A stretch of DNA of 64,000 nucleotides, taken from NCBI GenBank assembly GCA_963820025.1, contig CAWFYL010000005.1, forward strand, positions 19,757 to 83,756, in the 5' to 3' direction. The stretch is from an uncultured Acidimicrobiia bacterium. Its GTDB lineage: Bacteria; Actinomycetota; Acidimicrobiia; IMCC26256; JAENVU01. Under the pieces are notes generated by a model. The model was not told the DNA's origin and searched no databases. It saw only the letters and a program-made list of their open reading frames with translations. The translations under genes and the position numbers were made by a program. Each line of letters opens with the position of its first letter. Position 1 is the first letter of the stretch. Shown here one piece after another: positions 52,695-62,773 of this stretch.

Positions 52695-52743
52695 ACCCGC
52701 CGGTCCCCTCGGGGGCGTACAGGTTCGAATCCTGTTCCGGGCA
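52659..52743 (+). tRNA. tRNA-Leu(TAA), bldA-type
   Basis: Acceptor GCCCGGG/TCCGGGC-A, anticodon arm GGCGG-CTTAAAC-CCGCC, long variable arm CCCCTCGGGGG, T arm ACAGG-TTCGAAT-CCTGT. Confidence 0.95.
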
Positions 52744-52898
52744 CGCTGACCAGGACCTATAGGTTCGGCGCTGGACGCGGAGTTGGCTGCCGAACCGCGT
52801 TTGCGAACGCCTTACTCACCAACTCAGCGCTACGCAGACGGGATCGGCAGACGCGGAGGACGACCGGTCACGTGCTGTCCCTGCCCGACGACCGCGAT

Positions 52899-53738
52899 TC
52901 AGTGGCGTTGCAAGAATTCGATTGCGAGATCGGTGACTTCGTCGGGCGTGACCATGACGCCGCCGTGGGCTTGCCCTTTCACTTCTATGAATTCGGCTCG
53001 GGGCATGTGCGCCGCCGCCTCTTCGGAGATGCGGGGCGGGAAGATGATGTCGTGTTCGAATGCCATGACCAGTACCGGGCAGCGCACTGCGGCCCAGCAC
53101 GCCTCCCAGTCCTCGCGCTCACCCCAGCTCAAGGCGGCGTGGGCTTGTCCGAACCGTCCGGGCCCTTTCCATTCGCGCGCGCCCGCGAGTTCGGCCCACA
53201 CGCTGACGAGTTCCTCGTCTTGAAGCTGGGTGCTCGACAGGCTTTCGTGCAGCATGCCGAGGACATCGAGGAAGGGTGGAACGTGCTCGAGGGCCGCGAG
53301 CTCCAGTTCAGCTTTGGACAGCAGTCGTTCGTACGCGCTTGCGCGACCCGCGCCGCCGATCAGAACTGCTGAGCGCATGAGGTCTGGTCGGCTTCTGGCG
53401 AGCGCTTCTGCGGTCATCCCGCCCAGGGACAATCCGATGACGTGACACGGTGCGACGCCGAGATGGTCGATCAGTCCGGCGGTGTCGGCGGCCAGGTCTT
53501 CGACTGAATACGGTCCGTCGGGCGCGCTGGAGTCCCCGACGCCTCGGCTGTCAAAGGCGATCGTTCGGTATCCAGCCGCCTCCAACCGAGAGCGGTGTGC
53601 GAACCATGCGATGCCCGGCATGCCGGTCCCACCGACCAACACAACCGCGTCTCCGTCGCCTGAGACATCAAACGCGAGCTCCACGCCGTTCACGTTCACA
53701 CGGTCCGCGAATCGGGTCCGCCGTCGTCTGGGCTTCAT
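52899..53738 (-). CDS. Alpha/beta hydrolase
   Basis: GGTGMPG, FDSRGVGDS, GLSLGG, EHD, AHG. Confidence 0.85.
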   Translation of the reverse strand: MKPRRRRTRFADRVNVNGVELAFDVSGDGDAVVLVGGTGMPGIAWFAHRSRLEAAGYRTIAFDSRGVGDSSAPDGPYSVEDLAADTAGLIDHLGVAPCHVIGLSLGGMTAEALARSRPDLMRSAVLIGGAGRASAYERLLSKAELELAALEHVPPFLDVLGMLHESLSSTQLQDEELVSVWAELAGAREWKGPGRFGQAHAALSWGEREDWEACWAAVRCPVLVMAFEHDIIFPPRISEEAAAHMPRAEFIEVKGQAHGGVMVTPDEVTDLAIEFLQRH

Positions 53739-54233
53739 CACGTCTCCTGGTGGCGTTGATCGCTCGCCGAGTCGGTGCTCGGTGTCCGCCGTGGTCGAAG
53801 TGCGATGGTGAAGGTGCAGGTACCGGTCGCCCGGCCGGAGAGGTCGGTGAGCGCGACGTCGGCATCGAGCCGCGTCGGCTCGCCATGCTCGACCGCGGCG
53901 CGCGCGCGCGGTCGCGACGGAGGGGTCGACACGGCTCGTCGCGACGAGACCCGCCGTCGCAGATGCCGAATAGGCGATCTTCGCCTCCTCCACGACGGTG
54001 TAGGTGCTCGGAAGGAGGTCGAGGATCCCGAGGACTGCCGCACCGAGACCGGCGACCTCGGCGACCCCGTACGCGACTGCACCGTTGATCACGTTGTTGT
54101 GGTTGACGTGTTCGGGCTTCGGTCGAGCCAGCGTGACGACGAGGGTGCCGTCGGACTCGATCGTCGTGTCCAGATCGAGCCAACGGATCCATGGCATCTC
54201 GGTCATCGCACTCGGCGCGCCGGCTGCGGTCAT
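53738..54233 (-). CDS. PaaI/DUF4442-like hotdog-fold protein (frameshift near 53905)
   Basis: HVNHNNVINGAVAYGVAE, then DVALTDLSGRATGTCTFTIALRP in the shifted frame. Confidence 0.6.
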
Positions 54234-54271
54234 CGAACACCCCTTTCGTCGGTGCGCCACACCGTATCTAG

Positions 54272-54289
54272 TTGCGACAGATGTCGCAA
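54272..54289. promoter_or_regulatory. Putative TetR operator
   Basis: Perfect inverted repeat TTGCGACA-ga-TGTCGCAA between the divergent hotdog-fold and TetR genes. Confidence 0.7.
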
Positions 54290-54306
54290 TAGCGTAGATT
54301 GGCGGC

Positions 54307-54912
54307 GTGGCCGTCCAGAACGCTCCCGACGTTGGGCGAGGAACAGATCGCCGCATGCGCCGCCCGGGCGGACGAAACGAACGGATTCGCCAATCAGTCG
54401 CGCACGCGGTGCTCGAACTTCTCAGCGCCGGAGACACCGGAATGACCGTGGCCTCGATCGCAGAGAAAGCAGGAGTGCATCGAGCCACCGTCTACCGACG
54501 CTGGCCGACGGTCGGTGATCTCCTCCGTGAGGCCCTCACCGTTCACACGGCCGCACTTCAGATCCGGGATACCGGGCACTGGGAACGAGACCTGCATCGG
54601 CTCGTGGACGACCTGGCCGAGTTCTTCTCCGATCCGGCCGAACTCGCGATGAACACCGCGATGGCCGGGAGGTCAGACGAGTTGCTCGCAGAGGTGCTGA
54701 CCGAGCATTGGATGCCGGTGATCGGAGAGATCGAATCGCTCGTTCGCAATGCCATCGAACGGAACGAAATCACCGCGGCTACCGATCCAGCCACGATCGT
54801 GCAGCTCATCATCAGCCCGCTCCTTGTGCAAACGATCTTCCTCCGGACTCGCCCAGCGAAGTCGTTCCTCCGGAACCTTGCCGACACGATCATCCGTGCG
54901 ACGCGGCCCTGA
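54307..54912 (+). CDS. TetR/AcrR family regulator
   Basis: RPGGR, IAEKAGVHRATVYRRW, DTG..E.DL, AIERNEI. Confidence 0.9.
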   Translation: MAVQNAPDVGRGTDRRMRRPGGRNERIRQSVAHAVLELLSAGDTGMTVASIAEKAGVHRATVYRRWPTVGDLLREALTVHTAALQIRDTGHWERDLHRLVDDLAEFFSDPAELAMNTAMAGRSDELLAEVLTEHWMPVIGEIESLVRNAIERNEITAATDPATIVQLIISPLLVQTIFLRTRPAKSFLRNLADTIIRATRP

Positions 54913-55055
54913 CATTGCAGACGAGACCGCGCACGATGGATCGACTTCATCTGACCACGACAACCCTCGGAGTGTGCCGGTTCAGCAGCGATGTGCCCCA
55001 TGGAGGTCCTCGCAGGTGGGACCGGAATGCCTCCGATCGCGTGGGGTTACGCGCC

Positions 55056-55116
55056 GCGGCTTCAACCCGCCGGTCCCTTCGGGGGGCGTACAGGTTCAAA
55101 TCCTGTTCCGGGCACG
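55056..55116 (+). repeat. Degenerate copy of tRNA-Leu 3' part (att-like)
   Basis: Matches 52686-52745 with 3 substitutions and 1 inserted G. No acceptor 5' strand or D arm. Confidence 0.9.
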
Positions 55117-55374
55117 TCTGACCAGCTCATATTGTGTGCGTCGTTGTCAGCAACTGGCAGCGCCGGTCGACTGCGAGGCGGTCCGACTGCTTGCGAAGCG
55201 AGCACGCGGTCAGATCGTCCCCGGTTGCGGATGTCGAAGAACGCGACTCGCCGGTTCGCGAAGTGCGCCTCGAAGTCTTCGTCACGCTGGCGTTCGGGAT
55301 GCCCGCACTTGGTTGCAGTGGCCAACGCGAAAGTCGGTGGACGCTCGACGGCTCGCAAGCACATGCTCGCGGCT

Positions 55375-56240
55375 ATGACGAATCGCCATTTCGGGCGAGT
55401 CAGTGAGGTGTGGAAGCACCTCATCTTGGCGGAGGTGCTTGCGGCTGAGCAACCCGCGTCGTTCTGGATACTCATGCCGGGGATGCCCTCTACGGTGTCG
55501 TCGAGGACCCGGAGCGCCAGTTCGGTGTGCTCGGCTTCGATCAGCTCCTTGACCAAGAGCCCGAACTCCGGCACTCGGCGTATGCGGCGGTGTTGTACTC
55601 GTTGCGGACGGAGGGGACGCTTCTGGGCATTCCCGGTGGTCCCCTCGTCGCGATGGCAGTTCTCCAGCACACAGCCGAGTACCTGTTCTGCGACCTCGAC
55701 CCAGCTAGCGCAAGCAACGTCAGGAGGGTTGCATCGCAGCGCAGGGTGCACTCGGCCCGTGTACTCACCGCCGACGGGATGGCCTCTGTTCATGACGAGC
55801 TGGGTAGCCACGATCCGACGACTGTTGTGGTGTTCATCGATCCTTTCGATCACTACAGCGTCGGGGCTGCAGGCCTGTGCGCCCTGGATGTCGCCATCGA
55901 GGCCGCACAGGCGGGCGCGGTGGTCGTCTACTGGTACGGCTACAACCGCGTCGACCAAAGGGCCTGGATCCTTCATCAGCTCGTCGAGCGAGACCCCGCA
56001 CTCACGTTGTGGTGCGGCGATCTGATGGTGTTCGCCGACGGCGAGGACATGAGCACGGGCGACCTCGGTGTGGCGTCGTCGCCCGGTACCGGTTCCGGAG
56101 TCGTATGCGCGAACGTCTCGCCGGTCACGGCCGATCGATGCACCGCGTTGGGAACCGCCGTCGCAGCCGCGTACCGGAACCGGTGCTTGCCATCGGGAGC
56201 TGTAGGCGCTCTCGATTTCGTCGCGATCCAACACCCGTAG
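55375..56240 (+). CDS. RlmJ-like adenine methyltransferase (frameshift near 55463)
   Basis: HFGRVSEVWKH, then DTHAG after the shift, PGGP, CDLD, VFIDPF. Parallels RlmJ HAGN.ADV.KH / DTHAG / DPPY. Confidence 0.55.
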
Positions 56241-56262
56241 CAACGCCGGGCGGCAACCCGAA

Positions 56263-56846
56263 GTGCTGCTCCCAGAGCCGACGGCAGGATCCGCGGCCGG
56301 CGAGGACCCGTCGTATCCGGACGGCCCGACCGGTCCGTCGACGACAACGACCTCCACGAGCGAGTCGACGTCCAGCACCTCGAGCAGCACTAGCTCGACC
56401 ACCTTGCCCCGACGTCCACGTCCGAGCCGACCGCTCCGGCCCACAGTGTCTTGACGGTGACGGGGACCCATGCCGGTGTCGAGCACTTCGCGCTCAACAC
56501 TGGGCGCTGTTCATTCATGGATCACCGCCTCGACGAGACCTGGACCCTCGACAACGGGACGACATGGCACTACGTCGACCTGTACTGCGGCACCATCACC
56601 GATGGCAACGACTGGAGCGGCACCGGGACCTTCACACTCACTGCACCTGATGGGACCCTCACGGGGCGATCCACCAGCGCCGCGGTCATCCCGAGCTCCG
56701 GCGTGCCGTATCACCTCGACCTCGACGGCGGAACCGGCACCTATGCAGGAACCACCGGGACGTGCACCATCGACGAGCATCTGCACGTCGAGTCCTTCGG
56801 CACTCAGGACCACTCCGGCGGTTTCCAGTGTGACCTCACCGGGTGA
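56263..56846 (+). pseudogene. Disrupted Ser/Thr-rich extracellular protein
   Basis: T/S-rich linker (56263-56454), then a beta-rich Cys-containing domain in another frame (56451-56846). No clear start. Confidence 0.4.
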
Positions 56847-57107
56847 CAGAGCCCGGCACTCAGCGTCGAACCCATCGAACCCGACGCGACTGCGCTGGCA
56901 ATCGCGGCGGATGCACTGACGTCCACGTTCGCAACGCAACATCCCGAGCTTGTCGGCGAGGTTGACTCACTGACTCCGGTCGTGTGGCTCGATGTCGCCA
57001 CCGGTCGAACGGAGGCACCGACAGAACTCGCCCACGCGCTGCCCGTCATGACCTGAGCAGACGCCTTCGCAGTTCCTACGGCGTCGCACCCGCACCACTA
57101 CCCGGCG

Positions 57108-57668
57108 TTGTGGGCGATGATGCCCGCAATGCGCTGGATCGAGTTCGAGGAGAGACAAGGTCGACTCGCCGCGCTCGGCCGCGAATCACTCGGCGATCCG
57201 GGCGTGGTACTTGTTGCCACGATCCGAGCCGACGGCGCGCCGAGGCTCAGCCCCGTAGAGCCCTTGTTCTGGAACGGGGACCTCTGGCTCTCCATGGGCT
57301 GGGGCACGCTGAAGGCTTTGGACCTCGGCCGTGACGACCGCGTGCTCGTGCACAGCATCGTGACGAGCAGGGTCGGGACGAACGGTGAGTACAAGCTGCG
57401 CGGCAAGGCAATCGCCGAACTGGAGCAGCGAACTCAGCGGCACTATGCCGGTGTGGTCGCCGCTCAACTCGGCTGGCAACCCGTGCCGGGTCGATTCCAT
57501 CTCTTCCGCGTCGACGTCATCGATGTCACATTCATCAGATGGGATGACTCCACGAACGACCAGTACGTCACACGATGGCCCGAAGGCGGCGAGTTCGTGC
57601 GACGAGGGACTTCACCGACGAGCCTCGGCGATCCTGAACCAATCCACGATCTGCTCGGCGAATCGTGA
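57108..57668 (+). CDS. Pyridoxamine 5'-phosphate oxidase-like (split beta-barrel) protein
   Basis: VATIRADGAPRLSPVE, KALDL.RD.RV.VHS, LFRVDV. Confidence 0.8.
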   Translation: MWAMMPAMRWIEFEERQGRLAALGRESLGDPGVVLVATIRADGAPRLSPVEPLFWNGDLWLSMGWGTLKALDLGRDDRVLVHSIVTSRVGTNGEYKLRGKAIAELEQRTQRHYAGVVAAQLGWQPVPGRFHLFRVDVIDVTFIRWDDSTNDQYVTRWPEGGEFVRRGTSPTSLGDPEPIHDLLGES

Positions 57669-57732
57669 CGCGGCCTGTCGCCGAAGTGGTGTTCCATGGG
57701 CGCGGGCGAGCCGACTTCGCGATGCTTGAGGT

Positions 57733-58494
57733 GTGGTCAGGTTCGAGACGTTGGTCGAGGAGTCGCTGAGGGTCCCGTTCTGCGGGTGGGACTTCTCGGT
57801 GCTCGGCGCTCGGATCTCCCTTGAGCCGCCGCCCTGGTCGTTCGAAGAGCTCGTCGACATCGAGGCGACGCGGGCCGATTCGATGCTGGATCTGGGCACC
57901 GGTGGCGGCGAGTGGTTGAGCGCGAGGCATCGTGCTCGTCGCACCGTCGCGACCGAGAGCTGGCTGCCGAACCTGTCCGTCGCTTGGAGCCGGTTGGCAC
58001 GGCTCGGTGTGGCAGTGGTGCATACGGAAGGTGCAACGGACAACGCACAGCAGAGGGAGTGCAATCCGAGTGGCCGGCTCGCGTTTCGCGACGGTGCGTT
58101 CGACCTCGTCGTGAGCCGGCACGAATCCTTCGTTGCGAGTGAGCTGGCGCGCGTCCTGCGATCGGGAGGCGTGTTCATCACACAGCAGGCCGGTGCCGGC
58201 GGCGAGTCGTTCGATGCGTTGCTCGGCCTCGGACCTGCGCCCGATGATGACTTTCACCCCGACCTTGCGGTCGCGCAGTTGCAGGTCGCCAGGTTCCAAA
58301 TCGAGGATGCCGCGGTCGGGAGCGCGACGACGGTCTTCGCTGATGTTGGCGCGCTCGTCTGGTATCTCACGAACGTGCCGTGGGCCGTCAACGACTTCTC
58401 GATCGAGCGTTGCCAGGACGCCCTGACACGTCTTCATGACACCGGTCCGATCCGTGTCACCGCCGAGCGGTTCTGGATCCGGGCTCGAGGTTGA
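57733..58494 (+). CDS. Class I SAM-dependent methyltransferase
   Basis: GWDFS, LDLGTGGGE, FDLVVSRHES, RVLRSGG.FITQQ. Confidence 0.85.
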   Translation: MVRFETLVEESLRVPFCGWDFSVLGARISLEPPPWSFEELVDIEATRADSMLDLGTGGGEWLSARHRARRTVATESWLPNLSVAWSRLARLGVAVVHTEGATDNAQQRECNPSGRLAFRDGAFDLVVSRHESFVASELARVLRSGGVFITQQAGAGGESFDALLGLGPAPDDDFHPDLAVAQLQVARFQIEDAAVGSATTVFADVGALVWYLTNVPWAVNDFSIERCQDALTRLHDTGPIRVTAERFWIRARG

Positions 58495-58673
58495 GAAAAC
58501 GCGGCACGTCCGTCGATCGCAGACTCAGAGCAGTTGTACCCGGTGGCTAACGCCTTGCTCACGAACTCGGCGCGATGCAGGCGCGCGGCGTAGACACGAT
58601 AGACAGTCGCCGAGCGAAGTCCCTGCTCAGGTGGTCACGGCGGATTCCAGCGTGCGCCGTAGACGCACGCGCC

Positions 58674-58732
58674 GCGGCTTAAACCCGCCGGTCCCCTCGG
58701 GGGCGTACAGGTTCGAATCCTGTTCCGGGCAC
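58674..58732 (+). repeat. Perfect 59-bp copy of tRNA-Leu 3' part (att-like)
   Basis: Identical to 52686-52744. Confidence 0.93.
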
Positions 58733-59104
58733 TGGAACACTCGCGGTCGTCGTCGTCCGTACCAACGCGACCGCTCTCGAACCACCCGATGCCCCCGTCC
58801 AAGCCCTGTCTGATTTGCCCCGATCAGGAGCTACACGGATTTGCCACTTCTGCTAAGAGGAAGTTGCAGATGGCATCTCGTGTGTATCTCTGGTGGACAG
58901 CTGTGCAACCTGCGTGGCGAGAACATGTGGCAGTCAGTCCGAATTGTCGGGTCTCGCCTTTCGTTCGTTCCCGTTCAGCCGGGCGGGTTGACCCCGGTCA
59001 GGCCGGCGTACGAGCGGGGTCATCTCGGCGCCCAAGGTTCGGGCAGTCAACAACGGCGGCACACGAACGGCGCAGGCGCATCTAGGGTCCTATAGACAGA
59101 GCGC

Positions 59105-59673
59105 ATGGTTCGATGGCTTGACCATCACGCTGGTGCGGTGACGGCGTTTGCCACGAGTGTGTTGGTGATCGTGACGGCGTGGTATGTGAGGCTCACGCGA
59201 GCTCTCGTGCGAGCGCAAGCGACTGCAGTCCGGATGTCTCGTGAATCAAACGACCTGGCGATGGAGCAGAATCGGCTGGCGTACGAGGCCCTCCGGCACG
59301 ACATGGAGCAGCGGCTGCGTGGTCAAGCCAAACTCGTCAGTGCGTGGCCACGTGGAGGCGCACGCTCGTCTTCCTCGGGTGCAGTGGCGGTGGTCGAGTA
59401 CTCGAACGGCAGCGCGGAGCCGGTTTTTGATTGCGTGTTTGAACTTGCATTTCGAGATCGTGGGCCCGTGGAGCCGATGACGCTCGCGGTGATACGCCCA
59501 ATTGCCGGGGCGAGTTGGAGGTTCCAATCGGTGCGCCGTCGCACCTGAACGACCAACTGCTGTTGGACTTCACGTTTATGGACAACGCGGGTGTGCGGTG
59601 GCACCGCGCGAGCGACGGCGACCTGCATGTTGCCGGTTCGGCTGGCCCAGCTGGTGTCGGCGGCGACGGCTGA
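59105..59673 (+). CDS. Hypothetical protein with N-terminal TM helix (frameshift near 59500)
   Basis: TM helix, QAKLVSAW, NGSAEPV. The shifted frame continues FTFMDNAGVRWHR to a stop at 59671-59673. Confidence 0.5.
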
Positions 59674-59793
59674 CTCCACCTTGCGGAAGGCTGGTGCTCG
59701 GTGTCTTGAGCCGTTCCTCCTTAGGGAGGACCCAAACGCGGGGAGTGGCTGGCTATCGGGCGTGTCGCTCACAGCGCGCTCCCCGCTTGGATA

Positions 59794-60951
59794 TCAAGGC
59801 CTCCGGGGATTGCTGAGCGCTCGAATGTGCGGGCTACGCCGAAAGCTTGATGATGAGAACAGCCCGCCACAGTCGTCACGGGCGGCGCAGCGATGGCATT
59901 CGGGAAGGAACTCGCTTTTCCAGTCGCTGATTGACTTCACTGCGAACTTGCGCACCGACGGTTCAAGAAGGCATAGCGGATGGTTGTAGATCATTGTGTG
60001 GACTCCCGCGACATCGAGTACGCGCACCGCGCGGCTGAGGTCGTGCTGGTACTCGTGCGGATCGATCCATACGAGGTCGACGTTTGGTCGTGCGAGCCCT
60101 GTCATCTCAAGGCCCATGAACGCCACTTGCTCGACGAACGGGAGGTTGCGGCGTATGAACTCGGCGATCGCGATGAGCTCGGGCGCCGTTTGCTTGTGGA
60201 CCACGACCCTGAGCTCGACGCGCTGGTCGAGTGCGATGAGGTTGAGGATCCCCAGGACGGTTTCGTCGAACGCGCCGTGTGCTTGCACGACGTAGTCGTG
60301 GAGGGATGGTTCTGCTCCGTAGAGCGGTATTCCGACCATCACTCGACTGCCGGCGGCACGAGCGTAGGACTCGGCGAAGGTGGCGTCTTCGAATCGCCGA
60401 CCGTTCGACAGAATGTGCACCTCTGCTGTTGGAAGCCGAGCGGTGCATCGAGCGAGCAATCGCAGGAAGTCTGCGCCGAAGATCGTGGGTTCTCCGCCGG
60501 TGAGGATCACTTCGGGAGTGTCGGCGGGGAGAAGCTCGATGAGGTTCTCGGCGCGCTGGAGCAGCCACATGTCGTCTCGCGTTTTCGGAGGTTGGGAGCA
60601 CATCAGGCAGTAGTTGTCGCACTGCTCGGTGATCAACACGCTGTTCTGGTGCGAGTTCGTTCGCCAGAGCACGCTGATCTCGATGCCGTCGGGCGAGACG
60701 GCGATCACATCGCCGGGCGAGAGATACGACAGTTCTGGTGGAAGCTCGACGTGTTCGGTACCCGGATCTAAGGGAGCTAGCCCCGTCTTCACGAGATATA
60801 GCGGATACCCAGCGGGTACCGGCCGTTGTTCCCTTACCAGCGCTGCGTGTCCCTCCGATGGGACGGAGTCGGCGTCGTCGATGACCCACAAGGATCGTCT
60901 GAGGTCTCGCGACAGAGTGACCGAGACTGAGCGTCCTCGCAGCGCGATCAA
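59794..60951 (-). CDS. hxsC: His-Xaa-Ser system radical SAM maturase HxsC
   Basis: TEQCDNYCLMCSQPP, TGGEPT, HILSNGR, HDYVVQ, MGLE.TG.A, SISDWK, C..C....CGG.F. Confidence 0.92.
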   Translation of the reverse strand: MIALRGRSVSVTLSRDLRRSLWVIDDADSVPSEGHAALVREQRPVPAGYPLYLVKTGLAPLDPGTEHVELPPELSYLSPGDVIAVSPDGIEISVLWRTNSHQNSVLITEQCDNYCLMCSQPPKTRDDMWLLQRAENLIELLPADTPEVILTGGEPTIFGADFLRLLARCTARLPTAEVHILSNGRRFEDATFAESYARAAGSRVMVGIPLYGAEPSLHDYVVQAHGAFDETVLGILNLIALDQRVELRVVVHKQTAPELIAIAEFIRRNLPFVEQVAFMGLEMTGLARPNVDLVWIDPHEYQHDLSRAVRVLDVAGVHTMIYNHPLCLLEPSVRKFAVKSISDWKSEFLPECHRCAARDDCGGLFSSSSFRRSPHIRALSNPRRP

Positions 60952-62399
60952 ATCGCAGCCCAGCGATCGAAGAGTTCGCGCGCAAACGGATCGGCTTCGT
61001 AGCGTGTCAGTATGCGCTCGAAGACGCCCATGTTTCGCGAGCAGAACTCGGACACCGCCTTGCGACCGAGGAAGTCACCGGCCGTCGCGTAGTGGTAGAC
61101 GGGGTCCGCGCCGCAGTAACACTCGAACGCGCAGTCCGAACACATTGGCGCGCTCCCGGTGAAGGATTGCTCGAGCGGTTCGAGGAGCTTCTCCGAGGTG
61201 AAGATGTCGCGGTAGGACGTGTCGGCGACGTGGCCGAGCCGGAAGGAGGTATCGCCCATCTCGGCGAGCATTCTGCCTTCGTCTGATGCGTACACGTTTC
61301 CGTCGTAGTTGTAGACGATCGCGCCGATTCCAATTCCCGACGGTGACATGAGATCGACGTAGCGCAGCGGGTCGTTCGTGAGGATCTTCCTTACTGCGAT
61401 CGTCGCGAACAGCTCCACCATGGGCTCGCCGCGGCGATTCAGATCGATGATGTAGTCGAGGCCGCGTTCGTAGAACGCGAGCCATCGCTCAATCCCATAG
61501 CCCGGCTTCGTGCTTCGGACGGCGAACCCGTACGGAGAAATTGGTCGTAGGAAGATCTCCGACAAGCCAGCCGCACGGTACGAGTCGACGATGTCCTCGA
61601 CGCTCGAAAGACTCGCATCGGTTGTGGTCATCAGGGCCGAGACCCGGTGAGGCCCCAGGCGGGACCGAATCGCTTCGATTCCGCGGATTGTCCGTTCCCA
61701 GCTGTCACCCCCAGGCCTTGGCCGGTTCGCGTTGTGGAGCTCCGCTGGACCGTCAAGTGATGCCGAAAAACTCAGCGCGTGGTCAGCTGCGAAGTCGAGT
61801 ACCTGATCGGTCAACACGGCGAGGTTGCTCGCGATCACGAACGACAGATCTTTCTGCGCGGCTTCGTTCAACGCCTCTGCCTCTTCGACGATTCGGCGAA
61901 CCAGACCGAAGTTCAGCAGCGGCTCGCCACCTTGAAACTCGATCTTGAGCGTTGGCGATGGACTCTGGAACGCGAGGGCTAGGGATCGGGCTGCAGTGTC
62001 CCAGGACATGTCGAAGGCCGTCTTGTTGGAGCTCTGCCGTGAAACTTGGCAGTAAGGGCAAGCGTGTTCACATCTGAGCGTGACTACGAAGATGTGCAGC
62101 CCAGTGAACTCCGGCAAGCGCCGGTACCGAGTGCGCGTCTTGAGCGCAAGCAGTTCGATTGGAACCGAGTCACCCTCTGCCATGGCAAAGTGCCTGGCTC
62201 GGAGCACGCGCAACAGGCTCTCGTCGACAAGCGACCTCGAAGTGAATCGCTGAAACTCGTCATCCGAGAGGAAGAGGTGCTCACCGACGAAGTTCGTCAG
62301 CAGAACGCGGCCGTCACCGAATCTGTGGAACCGGAACGGCAGAAGCACAAGAGCATCGTCGGCGCGGCGAAACTCGATCGGCTGATACTTGATGCTCAT
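60948..62399 (-). CDS. hxsB: His-Xaa-Ser system radical SAM maturase HxsB
   Basis: LLPFRF, LHIFVVTLRCEHACPYCQVSR, KIEFQGGEPL, YASDEGRML, CSDCAFECYCGADPV. Confidence 0.92.
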   Translation of the reverse strand: MSIKYQPIEFRRADDALVLLPFRFHRFGDGRVLLTNFVGEHLFLSDDEFQRFTSRSLVDESLLRVLRARHFAMAEGDSVPIELLALKTRTRYRRLPEFTGLHIFVVTLRCEHACPYCQVSRQSSNKTAFDMSWDTAARSLALAFQSPSPTLKIEFQGGEPLLNFGLVRRIVEEAEALNEAAQKDLSFVIASNLAVLTDQVLDFAADHALSFSASLDGPAELHNANRPRPGGDSWERTIRGIEAIRSRLGPHRVSALMTTTDASLSSVEDIVDSYRAAGLSEIFLRPISPYGFAVRSTKPGYGIERWLAFYERGLDYIIDLNRRGEPMVELFATIAVRKILTNDPLRYVDLMSPSGIGIGAIVYNYDGNVYASDEGRMLAEMGDTSFRLGHVADTSYRDIFTSEKLLEPLEQSFTGSAPMCSDCAFECYCGADPVYHYATAGDFLGRKAVSEFCSRNMGVFERILTRYEADPFARELFDRWAAI

Positions 62400-62722
62400 T
62401 CTGCGGTCGGTTCGATGAGGCCGGTGTTGGAGAAGGCAAGAGAGAGAATCAGGTTGCGCACGCCCGCAGTCTCCTCGCGGATCCGCTCCCGAAGCGATTG
62501 ATCCACGACTTCAGCCAAGAAGTCGTTGGTGTCAGCAGCCGGATCCGTCTGCGCGCCAAACCGCAGCACGCAGCGGTAGTTGGGGCCATCGCGGCTGAGC
62601 TCGAGCGCCAAGCGGTCCGCGAACCGGTAGGCAGCTCGTTGGATCGCGTCGGCTGAATGTGCGGACTCATCGAGGTACAGAACAACCTCGGAGACGTGGC
62701 TTCCTTGGCTCAAACTACTCAT
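62396..62722 (-). CDS. hxsD: His-Xaa-Ser system protein HxsD
   Basis: AIQRAAYRFAD, DQSLRERIREET..VRNLILSLAFS. Lies between the precursor and hxsB. Confidence 0.85.
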   Translation of the reverse strand: MSSLSQGSHVSEVVLYLDESAHSADAIQRAAYRFADRLALELSRDGPNYRCVLRFGAQTDPAADTNDFLAEVVDQSLRERIREETAGVRNLILSLAFSNTGLIEPTAE

Positions 62723-62773
62723 CGGTTCCGCGATGTTCTGCCACGGGCCGACTGCGTGACGCGGTCCCGCGCA

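Noticed and set aside
55056-55116. Possible tRNA-Sec or opal suppressor (TCA at the anticodon position)
   Set aside because: Only the 3' part of tRNA-Leu with point changes. It lacks the 5' acceptor strand and D arm.
58733-59100. Short ORFs after the second att copy
   Set aside because: No motifs and atypical codon usage. Probably non-coding island-end DNA.
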